DNA from: Pseudovirgaria hyperparasitica
Taxonomy: Eukaryota
Assembly (NCBI GenBank): GCA_010093815.1
Contig: ML996588.1
DNA length: 64,000 bases
Direction: 5' to 3' (one strand)
Position numbers and translations under genes: made by a program. Shown piece after piece: positions 62,789-64,000 of the stretch. Positions within the stretch are counted from its first letter, which is position 1. Every line of letters begins with the position of its first letter. A model generated the notes under the pieces. That model ran no database searches, had not been told where the DNA came from, and worked only from the letters and a program-made list of their open reading frames with translations.

Positions 62789-64000
62789 TTACCAGTGCGT
62801 CCCCTGCTGCGCATGTCCCTTAGCATCCAGCGCAGGCACTGAGAATCCATATCCCTCAGTCTTGCCTTCACGGTCCTTGGGCGAGATCTCTACTCGCAAC
62901 GTAACATCGAGTCCGTATGTGCCGCACAGACCCGTGCGATGCAGTCCAGATGCCGCAGGGTGCTTCGTGCCAGCATCTTTCTCACCGTTATGAATCGCAT
63001 GTCGTGTGTTTGCCTTCTTCTCCAACGTGTTGGACACGTCTGCAGTAGCTCCATTTGTAGCAGGAGCCACAGTGCCATCGGCAGGTGCGAGGGTGGATGC
63101 GGCGAGCTGGCCTGGCTCATGCGACTCGTCGATAATGGCGTAGTTACGGGACGGCATCGTCGCGTTATTCGCATCCGCAGTCTTCTTAGCCGGGGCATCG
63201 CCGTTTGCATGGTCAGCACGACCCGGATCGCGGTCAAAAATCTCGAGCAGAGTCTCATCAGTCTCGTGATCGAGATGGTGGATCTTGTTGCGGCGAGCAA
63301 GTAGATTGGCGACTGCCTGTGGTGGTGGCTTGTTCGTGATGGCCGAGGAGATGATGTTGGGCATGTAGCGGTAGTCGCGTTCGGCTGGGATCTGTTGTTT
63401 AGGGTTGGAGAAGAAGCGGCCGATGGCAGCGAGATGAACATCGCCACCAAGAATGGAGACGCGGACGGAGTGTTGTTTAGAGAGCTCTTGCAGGCGGTGT
63501 ATGAGTTCCTTGCGCTCGTGCTTGTGCTGATGGGCGGTGTAGTGGTCGTCGAGGTCGTCGAGGAGATCGACGTTGCCGTCGAACTTGTTAAAGAGTCCAC
63601 CAGCAATACCAAAGCGCTTGTTCAACAAACGGATTGGCGCGATCACCGGGGAAGAAAGGATGTTCTCGAGCCACTGGAGTCGTGGGTATGCAATGGGCAC
63701 ACCGAGTAGAAGAACTAGATGCTTGACATCAGGTGCGGCAGATAGCTCTCTTGAGATCGTGTCGAAGATCATTTTGTAAGTCTCCGGATAGTTGATTTGG
63801 TGACGCGTTCGCTCAATACGGGCATCAAGCCCAGCGAATGCAATTCTGGCACCGAGTTGGCAATAGATAGACCGACTCTTCTCGGCTACATACGGACCGG
63901 GCTTGCCACCAATTATGTAGGATGGATCCTCCTCAGTCTCTTCCAGTACGAAAGTGTCCTTCAGCTGTACAGCATCAGTACCAACAACACCTTCAGTATC
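62789..64000 (-). CDS. PhoD-like metallophosphatase-domain protein, C-terminal part (5' end beyond window)
   Basis: Open frame to the window edge. Motifs DARIERTRHQINYPETY, LGVPIAYPRL, DLLDDLDDHY, ILGGDVHLAAIGRF and ISSAITNKPPP. Confidence 0.8.
   Translation of the reverse strand, partial: DTEGVVGTDAVQLKDTFVLEETEEDPSYIIGGKPGPYVAEKSRSIYCQLGARIAFAGLDARIERTRHQINYPETYKMIFDTISRELSAAPDVKHLVLLLGVPIAYPRLQWLENILSSPVIAPIRLLNKRFGIAGGLFNKFDGNVDLLDDLDDHYTAHQHKHERKELIHRLQELSKQHSVRVSILGGDVHLAAIGRFFSNPKQQIPAERDYRYMPNIISSAITNKPPPQAVANLLARRNKIHHLDHETDETLLEIFDRDPGRADHANGDAPAKKTADANNATMPSRNYAIIDESHEPGQLAASTLAPADGTVAPATNGATADVSNTLEKKANTRHAIHNGEKDAGTKHPAASGLHRTGLCGTYGLDVTLRVEISPKDREGKTEGYGFSVPALDAKGHAQQGTHW

Overview
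Filamentous ascomycete (Pezizomycotina) genomic DNA with spliceosomal introns and two AT/TpA-rich blocks bearing the signature of repeat-induced point mutation (RIP). Block 1 (1-~15.8 kb) has three parts. First, a RIP-erased cluster of tightly packed, apparently intronless large ORFs of unknown, possibly virus-like, origin (1-7003). Second, a Ty3/Gypsy chromovirus with mismatched LTRs and no TSD (7004-14041). Third, the 5' part of a Helitron on the minus strand (14042-~15812). Next come a divergent D-galactonate dehydratase / DHDPS-family aldolase pair, ~6 kb of gene relics, a head-to-head SNF2-PHD remodeler / Clr2 pair, an ammonium transporter and tubulin cofactor D. Block 2 (37923-49617) is a Mutator element with TIRs and a TSD, inserted in the short divergent promoter between TBCD and Pol32/Cdc27 and split by a second Gypsy chromovirus (238-bp LTRs, ATAAG TSD). 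Both Gypsy elements carry a spliced antisense accessory gene with a Cys6 cluster and a coiled coil. The right end holds Pol32, a PNPOx-like FMN-binding protein, two genes interrupted by in-frame TAG codons, a tandem DsbA/GST-kappa protein, a p24 protein and a partial PhoD-like protein. All calls come from manual reading and translation; no database searches were run.
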